From assembly GCA_963765495.1 (NCBI GenBank), contig CAVXWP010000001.1, positions 448,001 to 512,000 of the forward strand: 64,000 nucleotides of DNA, in the 5' to 3' direction. The notes under the pieces are model-generated. The model did no database searches. It was given only the letters and a program-made list of their open reading frames with translations, and had not been told where the DNA came from. Origin of the DNA: Blastocatellia bacterium (GTDB lineage: Bacteria; Acidobacteriota; Blastocatellia; UBA7656). Shown piece after piece: positions 1 through 14,252 of this stretch; position 1 is the stretch's first letter, and each line of letters opens with the position of its first letter. The translations under genes and the position numbers were made by a program.

Positions 1-1
1 C

Positions 2-253
2 CTCCACAGCGAGGCGGTCCGAATCTCTGACATCGTGGCGGAGATCGAGCGAGTGCGCCCCGATGCAATAGGGATGATCACTCACGATGAAGCGCCGCTA
101 CAGATACCGGCTGAACTCGATGACAGAGCCATCCGCGCGGCGCTTGGTGAGATGAAGGTGACGCCGCTTGACGAAGGCGTGCGAGCCACGATGAATCGCT
201 TCGCGGAACTTCAAAGCGAGGACCGCCTCGATCTGAGCGATCTTGATACTTAG
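2..253 (+). CDS. C-terminal part of a probable NAD-dependent epimerase/dehydratase (truncated by window start)
   Basis: Frame is open from position 2 to TAG at 253; 'TPLDEGVRATM' resembles the C-terminus of extended SDR epimerases. Confidence 0.55.
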   Translation, partial: LHSEAVRISDIVAEIERVRPDAIGMITHDEAPLQIPAELDDRAIRAALGEMKVTPLDEGVRATMNRFAELQSEDRLDLSDLDT

Positions 254-387
254 GTACGAATAATAGTGATTGTTAATACATTGGAAATAAAGTTCGTTTT
301 CTTCAAGGTAGCGTATCCCTGCGCCTTTTCAGGGCGCACATTGAATCTGGAAAAAACTGAAAACCCCCGTTAGCCGAAGGAGGAACT

Positions 388-1347
388 ATGTCGAGAATCA
401 AGCTTGCCGCGTTGCTGGTTTTAGCAGTCGCGCTCGGTCTTTCCGGCCTCTCGTGCCGCCGCCAAAACGATGGCAAGAAACGCATCGCCGTGATTCCTAA
501 AGGCGTTTCCCATTTCTTCTGGCAGAGCGTACACTCGGGAGCCGAAGCCGCCTCGAATGAACTGGGTGTCGAAATCATCTGGAAAGGCCCGGCTCAAGAG
601 ACCGATTACACCGGCCAGATCAACATAGTCGAAGACGCGATAAACCAGCGCGTGGACGGGATAGTCATTGCGCCAAGCCATCGCGACGCGCTTGTGCCAA
701 TCGTAGAGCGCGCCCAGCGCGAAGGCATACCCGTGACCATCTTTGATTCGGGCATCGGCACTGAACAGTATACGTCTTATGTTGCGACCGACAATCATCT
801 GGGCGGGGTAGTAGCGGCAGAGCGATTAGCCGAAAAACTCGGCGGCAAAGGCAAGGTCGCAATACTCGGAGTCAAGGCAGGCTCGGTTTCTACCGATGAG
901 CGCGAGCAGGGCTTTCAGGAAACGATGAAGCAGAAATTCCCCGGCATTCAAATAGTGGCTTTCCAGTACGGCGAGGCCAACATGGCTCTCTCTTTGGACC
1001 GCGCGAGCGACATCCTGACGGCAAACCCTGACGTCAACGGATTTTTCGCCTCAAACGAATCTTCGACCGTGGGCGTTGTGCAGGCGATCAAACAGAAAGG
1101 GCTTGCGGGCAAGGTCGTGCTTGTAGGCTTCGATTCAAGCCCAAACCTCATCGACGATCTGAAGGCCGGGGCGATTGATTCGCTTGTGTTGCAAAATCCC
1201 TACAAGATGGGTTACGAAGCCGTAAAGACGATGGTCGCAAAGCTCAACGGCCAGGAAGTGCCCCGGCAAATTGATACCGGCGTGAAGCTGTTGACCAGAG
1301 ACAATCTCAATACGCCGGAAATGCAGCAGTTGCTCACCGGGCCGTAG
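388..1347 (+). CDS. Sugar ABC transporter substrate-binding lipoprotein (RbsB-like)
   Basis: AGGAGG RBS; lipobox-like LSGLSC; Peripla_BP_4-type motifs (IAVIPK..FW, VATDN, GFDSS, QNPYKMG). Confidence 0.9.
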   Translation: MSRIKLAALLVLAVALGLSGLSCRRQNDGKKRIAVIPKGVSHFFWQSVHSGAEAASNELGVEIIWKGPAQETDYTGQINIVEDAINQRVDGIVIAPSHRDALVPIVERAQREGIPVTIFDSGIGTEQYTSYVATDNHLGGVVAAERLAEKLGGKGKVAILGVKAGSVSTDEREQGFQETMKQKFPGIQIVAFQYGEANMALSLDRASDILTANPDVNGFFASNESSTVGVVQAIKQKGLAGKVVLVGFDSSPNLIDDLKAGAIDSLVLQNPYKMGYEAVKTMVAKLNGQEVPRQIDTGVKLLTRDNLNTPEMQQLLTGP

Positions 1348-1405
1348 CGACACGTTTTATCGTTCCGGGTGCAAATATCAACCCCTGATCCTGAAAGGTA
1401 CAAGT

Positions 1406-2908
1406 ATGTCCTCCTCAGGGCCGTTACTTGAAATGCGCGGCATCACAAAAAGATTTGCGGGCAACCTTGTGCTCGACGGTGTAAATCTGTCGGCTCAGGC
1501 GGGCGAAGTTCATGCCCTCGTGGGCGAAAACGGCGCGGGCAAGTCTACGCTGATGAAAATACTGGCGGGCGTCTACCCGGCTGACGCGGGCGAGATTTTT
1601 ATCAGCGGCCAGAGCACGCGCTTTCACACACCCGCCGATTCGCTCGCTCGCGGAATTGCGATGATCTATCAGGAGTTGTCGCTTGCGCCGCATCTGTCTG
1701 TAGCCGAAAACATATTCCTCGGACGCGAGCCGTTAAGTTTCTCGCCGCTTGGTATCATCAACCAGCGAGAACTCAACGAACGCGTCTCGCATCTTTTAAC
1801 CGAACGCGGATTCAAGCTCGACCCGCGCGCGCGGGTCGAGCGTCTCGGCGCTGCCGACCGCCAGCTGGTAGAGATCACACGCGCGACTCTCGAAGCCCGC
1901 CGCGTCATCGTGATGGACGAGCCCACATCTTCACTTACTACACGCGAAGTCGAAGAACTCTTCCGCTTGATCGGGGATATGAAAGATCGGGGGCTTGCGA
2001 TAATTTACATCTCGCACCGGCTTGAAGAACTCGATATGATTGCCGACCGCCTGACGATTCTTCGCGACGGTCGCGTAGTCTATACGGGCGAGTGGGGCGA
2101 AATTTCGACCGGCGAGATGATCCGTCACATGGCCGGGCGAGAGTTGACAGAGATATTCCCGCCGCGCCGCGCCACGCTCGGGGGGGCGCTTCTGCGCGTA
2201 GAGCGCCTGACACGCGCAGGGAGGTTTAGGGTTGTCAGTTTCGAAGCGCGAGCAGGCGAAATCTTAGGGATTGCGGGTCTCGGGGGCGCGGGGCGCAGCG
2301 ATCTTGTAGAAGCGATCTTTGGTGCTCAAGAGGCCGATAGCGGCGAAATCGAGATCGAAGGCGCAAGGCTCGATGCCTCGCTTCCAAAGCGTGCGGTTGA
2401 GCGCGGTCTCGCCCTGCTTACGGCAGATCGAAAGCGGACGGGTTTATGCCTAAATCTGCCGGTTGCCCGCAACCTCACGCTGGCAAACCTGCGGGCGCTT
2501 GTAAAAGGGTTGTGGGTAAATCGCAGACGCGAAATCGGCGCGGCTCGCCAGTACATAGAAAAGCTCCACATACGCCCCCCTGACCCTTTGAAAACAATCG
2601 GGCGAATGAGCGGGGGCAATCAGCAAAAGGTGCTGCTCGCGCGATGGCTTTTTGCCGACTCAAAAGTTTTTCTCCTTGACGAGCCTACGCGTGGCGTAGA
2701 CGTGGCGGCTCGGGCCGAAATCTATCGCGCCATAAACGGCCTCGCGGAAGCGGGCGCTGCCATCGTTCTGGTCTCATCGGATTTGCCGGAGTTGCTCGGC
2801 ATGGCAGACCGCATACTCGTGATGCGGCGTGGTTGCATGGTCGCCGAACTTGACGCGCGCGCAACCTCTCAGGAAGAGATTCTGAGACACGCCGCCTTGG
2901 AAACCTGA
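1406..2908 (+). CDS. Sugar ABC transporter ATP-binding protein (RbsA/MglA-like, double NBD)
   Basis: Walker [18 protein letters not shown], second-half SGGNQQK and DEPTRGVD. Confidence 0.93.
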   Translation: MSSSGPLLEMRGITKRFAGNLVLDGVNLSAQAGEVHALVGENGAGKSTLMKILAGVYPADAGEIFISGQSTRFHTPADSLARGIAMIYQELSLAPHLSVAENIFLGREPLSFSPLGIINQRELNERVSHLLTERGFKLDPRARVERLGAADRQLVEITRATLEARRVIVMDEPTSSLTTREVEELFRLIGDMKDRGLAIIYISHRLEELDMIADRLTILRDGRVVYTGEWGEISTGEMIRHMAGRELTEIFPPRRATLGGALLRVERLTRAGRFRVVSFEARAGEILGIAGLGGAGRSDLVEAIFGAQEADSGEIEIEGARLDASLPKRAVERGLALLTADRKRTGLCLNLPVARNLTLANLRALVKGLWVNRRREIGAARQYIEKLHIRPPDPLKTIGRMSGGNQQKVLLARWLFADSKVFLLDEPTRGVDVAARAEIYRAINGLAEAGAAIVLVSSDLPELLGMADRILVMRRGCMVAELDARATSQEEILRHAALET

Positions 2909-2912
2909 CAAA

Positions 2913-3059
2913 CAGGGGCCGGGGGCCAGGGGCCGGTAATCACTGGTTAGATATGCACTTTCTCTTACTCATCTGAAATCTGATATCTCAAATCTCAGAT
3001 AAAGGGTTGGTAAGAGATCAACCAACTTACTTTACATGTTCTCAATCACCGGCCCCCGG
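2913..3059. repeat. Nested heptamer-unit intergenic repeat
   Basis: (CAGGGGC/CGGGGGC)x3 at 2913-2933 with partial inverted copy at 3048-3059, enclosing ATCTGAA/ATCTCAA-type heptamers at 2971-3000. Confidence 0.6.
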
Positions 3060-3066
3060 AGAGACA

Positions 3067-4011
3067 ATGTCGGAACGAATCAAACGCTTTCTCCCCTTCG
3101 CCAGCCTGATCGCGCTGTGCGGATTGATAGCCGTGCTTGAGCCGCGCTTTCTTTCGGGCGCGAACCTCGCGGGCGTAGCGCGCCAGACCGCCGTGATAAC
3201 GATTATGGCGATGGGCATGACGGTCGTGATGGTGTCGGGCGGGATAGACCTGTCGGTAGGCTCGGGGATGGCTCTTGCTATGGTCGCGGGCGCATTTGCT
3301 ATGGTCGCGGGCGCGCCCGTGCTCGCAGGCATCTTTGTCTGCGTGGCGGTTGGGACCGTCTGCGGTCTGCTCAACGGAATGGCCGTCGCCGCGCTCAAGA
3401 TACCGCCTTTTATTGTCACGCTCGGCGCGATGGGCATCTTTCGCGGACTGGCCCTGCTTGTAACCGACGGCACGGCGGTCGTAGGCTTGCCCTCAAGATT
3501 CGGCTATCTTGCCGAAGGTAATCTGCTCGGCCTCATTCCCGTACCGCTTGTGCTCGTCTTTTTTGTCGCCCTGGCTACGCACTTTTTGCTTGCCGGAACG
3601 CGGGCGGGCCGTTACTGCTACGCGATAGGCAGCAACATCGAAGCCGCGCGCTACGCGGGGGTGGCCGTGTCTCGCTATCAGGTTCTTTTTTATGCGATTC
3701 TTGGGATGCTGACCGGGCTTGGAGGCGCTATCGAATCGGCGCGACTGGTCACAGGACAGCCTACGGCAGGCGAAGGCTACGAATTGCGGGTGATAGCGGC
3801 TGTGGTCATCGGAGGCGGTTCTTTGAGCGGCGGTCAGGGCACGGTCACAGGCACTATCATCGGCTCGCTGATTATGGGCGTGCTCGCCAACGGAGCAAAC
3901 CTGCTTGGTATATCTTCTTTCGCGCAGCAGGTAGTCATCGGTGCAGTAATCGTGTTAGCCGTGACCTTTGATGAATTCCAGCGCCGCCGCCTGGAAACCG
4001 CCGCCCAGTGA
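3067..4011 (+). CDS. Sugar ABC transporter permease (RbsC-like)
   Basis: GGIDLSVGS, PPFIVTLG, YELRVIAAVVIGGGSLSGG motifs; ATG 3067 follows GGAG. Confidence 0.92.
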   Translation: MSERIKRFLPFASLIALCGLIAVLEPRFLSGANLAGVARQTAVITIMAMGMTVVMVSGGIDLSVGSGMALAMVAGAFAMVAGAPVLAGIFVCVAVGTVCGLLNGMAVAALKIPPFIVTLGAMGIFRGLALLVTDGTAVVGLPSRFGYLAEGNLLGLIPVPLVLVFFVALATHFLLAGTRAGRYCYAIGSNIEAARYAGVAVSRYQVLFYAILGMLTGLGGAIESARLVTGQPTAGEGYELRVIAAVVIGGGSLSGGQGTVTGTIIGSLIMGVLANGANLLGISSFAQQVVIGAVIVLAVTFDEFQRRRLETAAQ

Positions 4012-4044
4012 TTTAGACCAATTTCCAGTCGCATATACGGCAAA

Positions 4045-4155
4045 TGTAGGGGCAGCCCGAATGAGTACATTTATTGTGGCTGCCCGAATCCGTCGTTAGC
4101 GATGATGGTCATCGCCCTTCGGGCGATCCGGGCAAGGACAAGCCTTGCCCCTACA
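4045..4155. repeat. GTAG-type REP doublet / REPIN-like element, copy 1
   Basis: Ends TGTAGGGGC...GCCCCTACA with internal hairpins; near-identical copy at 20097-20209. Confidence 0.85.
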
Positions 4156-4195
4156 CTCATTCGGGAATTGATATAAGATTTCGACTGGTCGCCGT

Positions 4196-4906
4196 TTATT
4201 TGTGGAAGACCACGTTATCAATGACGACCGTGCCGTTTAGCGGCGTGCACTGATTGCAAGACACCGTGAAGGTCACCGAAGTCAGGTTCTTCAAAATGTC
4301 TTTCGCCGAGACTCTGTGCTCTACCCAGGAAGGCTGCCCCAGGGATTTGAACGGCACTTTATAGGTGTTGAACCCCTGCTGAACCTTGAAACTCATCTGC
4401 GGGCTGCCGCTCTGTATTTCTATGCCGTGCCCCTTGCTGATAAGTTCAACCACTATTGATTCGATGCCCGTCACATAAAGCTGGACCGTAAGATAGCTGT
4501 AATCGCTCAGGTCTTCGGCTCCGGGAACTCCGTCTTCCCACGGCTTCGCCTGAATTTCAACCCCGACCCCGGCATAATCATTCGGCGCTGATAGATGATA
4601 CTCGAAGGCGATAGCTCTGTTCGGGTCGTCTTTCTTTATGTGGACAAGCTCAGGAACGTTCGTTCCTTCCATTCCTTTGTAGGTGCATGGATTCGCGGGG
4701 TTCGCGCTGTAGGTCATCAATTGCACTGCCCCTCCCTGATTGCTCAAAGGGTGATTGTCCTTGACCGTCTCAAAGTCGGCATAAACGAATTCTTTAGAAT
4801 CCGATGCCGCTTTTTCAGGCGCGGAGCCGGTCGGCGCTGCTGCGCCTGCAAACGTGATCGAAAGAGCAATATAACAAAGGGGAAGTAAGAGCTTTGTGAG
4901 TTTCAT
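4196..4906 (-). CDS. Secreted carbohydrate-binding-like protein (CIA30/CBM11-type beta-sandwich)
   Basis: Signal peptide; 'ADFE', 'DLSDYSYL', 'YKVPFKSLGQPSW', 'IDNVVF' pattern typical of galactose-binding-like modules. Confidence 0.6.
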   Translation of the reverse strand: MKLTKLLLPLCYIALSITFAGAAAPTGSAPEKAASDSKEFVYADFETVKDNHPLSNQGGAVQLMTYSANPANPCTYKGMEGTNVPELVHIKKDDPNRAIAFEYHLSAPNDYAGVGVEIQAKPWEDGVPGAEDLSDYSYLTVQLYVTGIESIVVELISKGHGIEIQSGSPQMSFKVQQGFNTYKVPFKSLGQPSWVEHRVSAKDILKNLTSVTFTVSCNQCTPLNGTVVIDNVVFHK

Positions 4907-4959
4907 AGGGGTTCCTCCTTCTTTGGGCGTTACACCTTAGTTGTATAAAAATCTGCGTT

Positions 4960-4984
4960 TTGAGATTTGAATTTCAAATCTCAA
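4960..4984. repeat. Perfect 12-bp inverted repeat of the TTGAGAT/ATCTCAA heptamer family
   Basis: TTGAGATTTGAA-T-TTCAAATCTCAA. Confidence 0.7.
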
Positions 4985-5049
4985 GCATTCTGGCGCTGAT
5001 CAAAGAAAACCAGATGGTAAGAAATCAGCGAACCTTCTTTCCCACCCTT

Positions 5050-7623
5050 TCATTTGCCAGGGCTATCGTGAGCAGGCTCGATTTCAAGATAATCGACCGA
5101 AGCCGCTTCATCACCTTCGGCTGTCGCCTCTATGCGTATCTCGTCGCCGGGCCGCAGGGCGATCCCGCAAATCCTTCGCCGTATCGAGGAGTGAGAATCG
5201 GGCAGTTTCGTAGGCAGATGAGCGTCGGCAATCCAACTGTCGACAAGCTGGCCCGCGACATAAAGCTTGAAGGTTGACTGGCCGTCGTTTTCATCGAAAT
5301 ACTCTACGCCCAGATCGAACCAGCCCGCCTTCCCTTCGTAGCGTGAGCTTGCACGGCAGGGGCCGTCCGTGCGAGCGCACCTGATGGCCTTTGCGCCCGA
5401 CGCTGCCTCCCACGGCGTTATCTCTTCGCTTTCGTACCCGTCAAGACGCATGTTTTCGGCCTCGATTCGATTGGGAAATTTCCCGGCCCGGCCCCGGAGG
5501 TCGGCGATGCCTGATTTGCGCAGAAACCAGTTGCAGACCGAATCGCGCCACACGCGGGCGTGACCCGCCTGATACTCAAGGCGATCTAAAACCTCATAAT
5601 AACGCAATTCATCAATTCGGCCCTTGAGCGTCTTCCACTCCTCGACCAGCCCTTCGGCCTCCGATGCGCCTTCATAATGCGAATCGTAAATGTGCTGGAT
5701 CACGGTCTTGCCCGAATGCAGAACATGCGTATAAGGCACGTGATGCATAAAAAGCAACAACTCATCGGGGCAGGTCTCAAGCGATTCAAACACGCGGGCC
5801 ACGGGCGGGCGATACTGGCCTATGAAGCCGGTTCCCGTAGCCACGGTGCGGTCCATCCCTATGCCTTTTTCATCGGCGCGATGCCACTGTCCCCAGCCGT
5901 TGTATTCCGACGATTCGATTGCCGGGCCGTAATGGATGTTGATGATGTCGGTCAGCGTGCCTGCGCCGAGCGGCCCCGTGTATTTCTCGTATATCGACCA
6001 CGACCTGACGAGCATATCGCTGATGGTCTTCACAACCTGCGCGTCATCGTTGAAAGTTTGACGGGTCCATTCCCTTGCTATCTGCTCGCTCGAAAGATCT
6101 GGATTCCATGCCAGCCGCCCGAATCCGTAAAGATTTGCCACCGCCAGATGGTGCCCGAGCCAGTTGCGATCAAGCCCCACGTTTGAGACGGCTACAAAGC
6201 CCCCCACGGGGCGATTGAATGTCTTGCCCGCTACCAGTTGCTTTACAGGTGTGCCCGCGCCTTTTGCGTGCATGTCAAAGTCGAGCACCTCTTTCCACAT
6301 AGGTATGAGAAAACAGAGATGGCGTTGCTGGCCCGTGTATTCCTGAGTGATCTGGAGTTCGACCACCTGATTGGTATGCTCAAGCGCGCCAAAGAGCGGC
6401 GAGGCCGGTTCGCGGACCTGAAAATCTATCGGCCCGTGTTTGATCTGAAGTATTACATTGTCGTCAAACTCGCCGTCGAGTTTTTTGAAGTTGTCGTAAG
6501 CGGCGGCGGCGCGGTCGTTTTTCAGATTGCGCCAGTCCATGTGATGGTCATAGACAAAGCCGCGATAAAAGATAAGCCCGCCGTGAGGCTTGAGCGCGCG
6601 GGCGATCACATTGGCCGCGTCGGCGTGCGTGCGATTGTAAGCCGAAGGTCCCAACCGCCCTTCCGAATCGGCCTTCAGGACAAAGCCTCCGAAATCGGGG
6701 ATCGCGCTGTAGATTCCATCAACCGTCTTCTTCCAGAAATCGGCCACGCGGCGGTCTAGAGGGTCGAATGTATCGAGGCCGCCTATCTTTTGCGGGCTGC
6801 TGAAATCCACCGAGACGAAAAGCCGCACGCCCCACGGGCGAAAGACCTCAGCTATGCGCGCAATCTGCGGCAGGAATTCCGCCGTGATGACGCGGGGATT
6901 TGCGTTGACGTTGTTGATTGAGCAGCCGTTGATCCCCGTTGATGCCATCAGGCGGGCGTAATCGCGTACGCGGCTGAGATCAGCGACTACGTTGTTGTTC
7001 TCAAAAAAAATGGACCGCCCGGCATACCCGCGCTCAATCGTGCCGTCGAGGTTGTCCCAGTGATTGAGCATCCTGACGGGCGCGTAAGGGTTCTCTCTAT
7101 AGTCAAGCGCATCAACAGGCTCACCGAGATTGATCTTTCGGAGCAAGGCAAAAGCCGCATAGAGCGCGCCGCGATCATTTGCGCCTGAAACGATCAGGTA
7201 AGAGTGCCCGCCGAGTTTTACGGTCTTTAACAGAAAGCCGTCATCTTGTAATCCGTCATCTTGTAAGCCGGGCGCGGCGGCGAAGGAGGGAATCGCCTTT
7301 TTGATCTCGCCGGTTGTGCCGATCAGAATCGCGTCTTCTGAGGGGAGTTTTGTCTCGGCTCTGAGCGTTCTGCCGAGCAGGCCGCGCACCCCCGCGATCA
7401 TCTCTCCCTGCGCGGCCTTGATTACGATTGAATCCGACAGCGCGACTACCACGGCAGGCAAACGATCATATCGTTGCCGCGCGGTTTCATCCTCGATTGC
7501 CCGGTAGCCAAGCCATGCGTCGTAGCCGGTATCGAGCTTGCGACCGGCCGCCTCTGTTAGTATGCACAGGGACAGGCAGACCAGGACAGAAATCTGTAGT
7601 CTTGGAAGAGTGGTTTTTAGCAT
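5050..7623 (-). CDS. aguA: Alpha-glucuronidase, glycoside hydrolase family 67, with extra C-terminal CBM-like domain
   Basis: NHWDNLDGTIERGYAG, INNVNA, KADSEG, KHGPIDFQVREP, ELQITQEYTGQ and PDELLLFMHH GH67 motifs; signal peptide. Confidence 0.93.
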   Translation of the reverse strand: MLKTTLPRLQISVLVCLSLCILTEAAGRKLDTGYDAWLGYRAIEDETARQRYDRLPAVVVALSDSIVIKAAQGEMIAGVRGLLGRTLRAETKLPSEDAILIGTTGEIKKAIPSFAAAPGLQDDGLQDDGFLLKTVKLGGHSYLIVSGANDRGALYAAFALLRKINLGEPVDALDYRENPYAPVRMLNHWDNLDGTIERGYAGRSIFFENNNVVADLSRVRDYARLMASTGINGCSINNVNANPRVITAEFLPQIARIAEVFRPWGVRLFVSVDFSSPQKIGGLDTFDPLDRRVADFWKKTVDGIYSAIPDFGGFVLKADSEGRLGPSAYNRTHADAANVIARALKPHGGLIFYRGFVYDHHMDWRNLKNDRAAAAYDNFKKLDGEFDDNVILQIKHGPIDFQVREPASPLFGALEHTNQVVELQITQEYTGQQRHLCFLIPMWKEVLDFDMHAKGAGTPVKQLVAGKTFNRPVGGFVAVSNVGLDRNWLGHHLAVANLYGFGRLAWNPDLSSEQIAREWTRQTFNDDAQVVKTISDMLVRSWSIYEKYTGPLGAGTLTDIINIHYGPAIESSEYNGWGQWHRADEKGIGMDRTVATGTGFIGQYRPPVARVFESLETCPDELLLFMHHVPYTHVLHSGKTVIQHIYDSHYEGASEAEGLVEEWKTLKGRIDELRYYEVLDRLEYQAGHARVWRDSVCNWFLRKSGIADLRGRAGKFPNRIEAENMRLDGYESEEITPWEAASGAKAIRCARTDGPCRASSRYEGKAGWFDLGVEYFDENDGQSTFKLYVAGQLVDSWIADAHLPTKLPDSHSSIRRRICGIALRPGDEIRIEATAEGDEAASVDYLEIEPAHDSPGK

Positions 7624-7719
7624 TTTTATTTGTGCCCTCGCGCCGGATTATCTTAATCCATCATCGCGTCACAGAAAAGTTACATGATTAGTTTTCCCAA
7701 TATAGCAGGTCAGAATAGC

Positions 7720-7827
7720 AGCAATAGGCCGCGGATGACGCGGATGCGGCGGATTTTCGCGGATTAGATTATAAAGAGTCAGATCCGCGTAGACCCGCCG
7801 CATCCGCGTCATCCGTGGCCTATTGCT
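7720..7827. repeat. Palindromic 9-nt-period element, family A (AATAGGCC...GGCCTATT), copy 1
   Basis: CGGAT units every 9 nt in the left arm and ATCCG units in the right arm; related copies at 40415, 44956, 47417, 57006, 60850. Confidence 0.85.
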
Positions 7828-8010
7828 AATTCCCTGATTTACATTTTGGGGATGCCGGGGTGTTATCCTGGCGCTGGCTGGTCTTAGCTTTTGCCGTTTG
7901 ATACAATCCGCGCTGCACTATACAATCGCTTGAAAACGCACAGGGAACAAGCAAACGGACTGATGGTCTCTTTTGATTCCCGCAATCACATAAAGCAAAT
8001 GGAGGCTGCC

Positions 8011-9657
8011 ATGCAGGTAATAAAACAGTCGAAAGTTTATGATGTCGTAGTCATCGGCTCGGGGGCTTCGGGCGGAATGGCCGCGTGGAACCTGACCCGA
8101 CAGGGCGTAAACGTATTGATGCTCGACGCGGGGCAGAAGTTCGACCGAAACAGTTTCTGGACACACGTCTTCCCCTACGAAAGGCGCGAACGCTACGCGC
8201 GAGGCGAGCGACCGCCACAATTCTTTCTCGATCAAAAAGAGCAGCCTTATATCACTCCCGAAGGCCATCCTTTCACCTTGATACGAGTGTGGGGCAGAGG
8301 CGGGAAGACAAACGTCTGGGGCAGGGTCAGCCTTCGCTATTCCGATCTCGATTTCAAGGCCGCCGAGCGCGACGGATGGGAGATACCCTGGCCCATCAGC
8401 TATAGCGACATCGCGCCCTACTATGACAAAGTGGATCAACTCATAGGCGTGTGCGGAGGCGATGACGATTCAGATTCGCTGCCGGGTAGCCGTTATCATC
8501 TGCCTCCGCCAAACCTGCGCTGCTGCGAGGTGCTGCTCAAGAAGGCAGGCGGACGGTTGGGAATCCCGGTCGTCAATATTCGGCGGGCCGTGCTGACGGA
8601 AAATCACGGCGGCTTTCCGAAATGCCACTTCTGCGGAAGATGCGGAGACGGATGCGATACATCGTCATTTTTTAACGCGAGCGATTATCTCGTCACACCC
8701 GCGCTCAAGACGGGCAAACTCGAAGTGAAAAACAATGCCGTCGTAGCTCGCATACTCACGGACAAAAAAGGCAGGGCGAGCGGCGTGCAATACTTCGACC
8801 GCAACAGCAAACAGGAGTATCAGGTGCGCGCCCGCGTGGTCGTCTTGGGCGCTTCCTGCATAGACTCGACCCGCATACTTCTCAACTCGAAATCGGATGC
8901 CTACCCGAACGGCATAGGCAACTCTTCCGACGTTATAGGCAAGTATCTGTGCGAGCAGGTGCGGATTCACGTCAAGGCTTTCCTGCCCGAACTTTTCGGC
9001 AGAGAGACCACAAACGAGGACGGCATAGGCGGAGCGCACATGTACATGCCGCGCTTCAATCATCGCGGCAAGAAACGCGATTACCTGCGCGGCTTCGGCA
9101 TGCAGTTCTGGGGGTCGGGCTGTCAGTTGTCGGCCAATAACTTCGCGCAGAAGTTCCCCGGCTTCGGTTCCGATTTCAAGACAGAGGTGCGCCGCCACTA
9201 CCCTGCATGGGTCGAGCTTCATCCGTTTGGAGAGACCCTGCCGCGAGCCGAAAACCGCGTGACGGTCGAAGGCACTCCGGTTGACAAGTACGGTATTCCG
9301 CTTCCGAAGATCACCTATTCGACAAGCGATAACGAACGAAAGATGGTCGAAGAGATGTACGACACCTGTGAGATGATGCTGCACGAAACAAAGGCGGAGG
9401 TCTTTGAATTCGAGCGCGGAAAGACAGACTCGAACGGCTCGGCCATCCACGAACACGGCACGTGCCGAATGGGAGATGACCCGAAGCGGTCGGCGCTCGA
9501 CAAATTCAACCGCATGCACGATGTTGAAAATCTGTTCGTAGTGGACGGCAGCGCGTTCCCTTCGGCATCCGAGAAAAACCCTACGCTGACGATCCTGGCG
9601 ATGTCGTGGCGGGCTACGGATTATCTGGCCGACGAGATGAAGAAAGGAAACCTGTAA
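8011..9657 (+). CDS. GMC-family FAD oxidoreductase (glycoside 3-dehydrogenase-like large subunit)
   Basis: GSGASGG Rossmann motif, [11 protein letters not shown] Fe-S motif, [14 protein letters not shown]; GGAGG RBS before ATG 8011. Confidence 0.9.
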   Translation: MQVIKQSKVYDVVVIGSGASGGMAAWNLTRQGVNVLMLDAGQKFDRNSFWTHVFPYERRERYARGERPPQFFLDQKEQPYITPEGHPFTLIRVWGRGGKTNVWGRVSLRYSDLDFKAAERDGWEIPWPISYSDIAPYYDKVDQLIGVCGGDDDSDSLPGSRYHLPPPNLRCCEVLLKKAGGRLGIPVVNIRRAVLTENHGGFPKCHFCGRCGDGCDTSSFFNASDYLVTPALKTGKLEVKNNAVVARILTDKKGRASGVQYFDRNSKQEYQVRARVVVLGASCIDSTRILLNSKSDAYPNGIGNSSDVIGKYLCEQVRIHVKAFLPELFGRETTNEDGIGGAHMYMPRFNHRGKKRDYLRGFGMQFWGSGCQLSANNFAQKFPGFGSDFKTEVRRHYPAWVELHPFGETLPRAENRVTVEGTPVDKYGIPLPKITYSTSDNERKMVEEMYDTCEMMLHETKAEVFEFERGKTDSNGSAIHEHGTCRMGDDPKRSALDKFNRMHDVENLFVVDGSAFPSASEKNPTLTILAMSWRATDYLADEMKKGNL

Positions 9658-12885
<3,228 letters not shown>

Positions 12886-12896
12886 CTCGATTTTTT

Positions 12897-12960
12897 AGAC
12901 AGGATAAACAAGATTTACAGGGGTTTCGATCCTTTTCCTGAAATCTTGTTTATCCTGTCT
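12897..12960. repeat. Palindromic 9-nt-period element, family B (GACAGGAT...ATCCTGTC), copy 1
   Basis: Perfect 20-bp IR AGACAGGATAAACAAGATTT/AAATCTTGTTTATCCTGTCT; related copies at 23415, 32803, 38197, 48877. Confidence 0.85.
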
Positions 12961-13033
12961 GAGTCGCTTTTCACGCCCCGTCAGCCCTGATTTTTATCCA
13001 AATCTCCTCTAAATCGCTCATTCTGTAAAATTC

Positions 13034-13075
13034 TTAATGATTTTTTAACAAGCGTGTTACACGTCTGTAACACGC
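13034..13075 (+). promoter_or_regulatory. Candidate Pho box array upstream of pstS
   Basis: TTAAT/TTAAC/GTTAC/GTAAC at 13034, 13045, 13056, 13067, an exact 11-bp period typical of PhoB-type direct repeats. Confidence 0.65.
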
Positions 13076-13133
13076 TATTTTTATACTCCCAATTTGGAAT
13101 ACCAACAAAAAAACGAGAGGACCTACCCTTACA

Positions 13134-14225
13134 ATGATTAAACGCACATTAGCATCGAGACTGGCGATTGCGCTACTTGCGGTATCGCTCTCTGCCTTGA
13201 CTTTCGTTGGTTGCTCCGGCACAGCAGGAGGCCCTGATGCGGGTGGTGAAATCAGGCTGACGGGCGCGGGCGCGACCTTTCCAAACCCCATCTATCAGAA
13301 GTGGTTTAGCGAATACAACAAGATGCATCCGAATCTGAAGTTTGACTATCAATCCATCGGATCGGGTGGAGGCATCAAGCAGATCAGCGAGCAGACGGTT
13401 GATTTCGGCGGCTCGGATGCGCCGATGACCGACGATGCTTTGCAAAAAGCGCCGGGCGAGCTTCTGCACATTCCTACGGTTCTTGGCGCGGTCGTAATAA
13501 CCTACAACCTGCCGAGCGTCACAACCGACCTCAAGCTGACGCCCGAGGCAATCGCGGGAATATTCCTGGGCAAGATAACTAAGTGGAATGACCCGGCCAT
13601 AACAGCCACAAACCCGGATGCGAAACTCCCCGGCGATACCATTACGTCGGTGCATCGTTCGGATGGAAGCGGCACATCTTTTGTGTTCACCGATTATCTT
13701 TCAAAGGTGAGCCCCGAGTGGAAGGCCGGACCCGGCGCAGGCGTATCGGTCGCCTGGATAGGCGGTGTCGGAGCCAAGGGCAACGAAGGCGTCACGGGAC
13801 AGGTAAAGCAAACCCCGAATTCCATCGGCTATGTCGAACTGGTTTACGCCGAGCAGAACAAGCTGCCCGTGGCCGAGATAAAAAACTCATCGGGTGATTT
13901 CATCAAGCCCACGCTTGAATCAATAACGGCGGCGGCGGCTGGCGCGGCTGGCCAGATGCCCGAAGACCTGCGAGTCTCGATCACAAACGCGCCTGGGCAG
14001 GCGGCCTATCCAATCTCTTCGTTCACCTATATACTGGTCTACAAAGATCAAAAGGATCAGGCTAAAGGCAAGGCTGTTGCAGATTTCCTCTGGTGGGCGA
14101 TTCACGACGGCGAAGGCATGGCAAAGGACCTGACGTACGCGCCTCTGCCTACAGAAGTCGTGAAGAAGGCCGAGCAGAAGATCAACTCGATCACCTTTCA
14201 GGGCAAACCGCTTCACACAAGCTAA
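13134..14225 (+). CDS. pstS: Phosphate ABC transporter substrate-binding lipoprotein PstS
   Basis: GAGATFP, YQSIGSGGG, DFGGSD, HRSDGSGT; lipobox FVGC. Confidence 0.97.
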   Translation: MIKRTLASRLAIALLAVSLSALTFVGCSGTAGGPDAGGEIRLTGAGATFPNPIYQKWFSEYNKMHPNLKFDYQSIGSGGGIKQISEQTVDFGGSDAPMTDDALQKAPGELLHIPTVLGAVVITYNLPSVTTDLKLTPEAIAGIFLGKITKWNDPAITATNPDAKLPGDTITSVHRSDGSGTSFVFTDYLSKVSPEWKAGPGAGVSVAWIGGVGAKGNEGVTGQVKQTPNSIGYVELVYAEQNKLPVAEIKNSSGDFIKPTLESITAAAAGAAGQMPEDLRVSITNAPGQAAYPISSFTYILVYKDQKDQAKGKAVADFLWWAIHDGEGMAKDLTYAPLPTEVVKKAEQKINSITFQGKPLHTS

Positions 14226-14252
14226 GCGTGAATCAGGGCATGGGTAAACGCT

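Noticed and set aside
7720-7827. Repeat arrays considered as CRISPR
   Set aside because: Units are 7-9 nt and inverted, with no unique 30-40 nt spacers and no cas genes
13054-13073. GTGTTAC...GTAACAC upstream of pstS as a NikR site
   Set aside because: The half-sites match but the spacer is 6 nt rather than about 13; the Pho-box context explains it better
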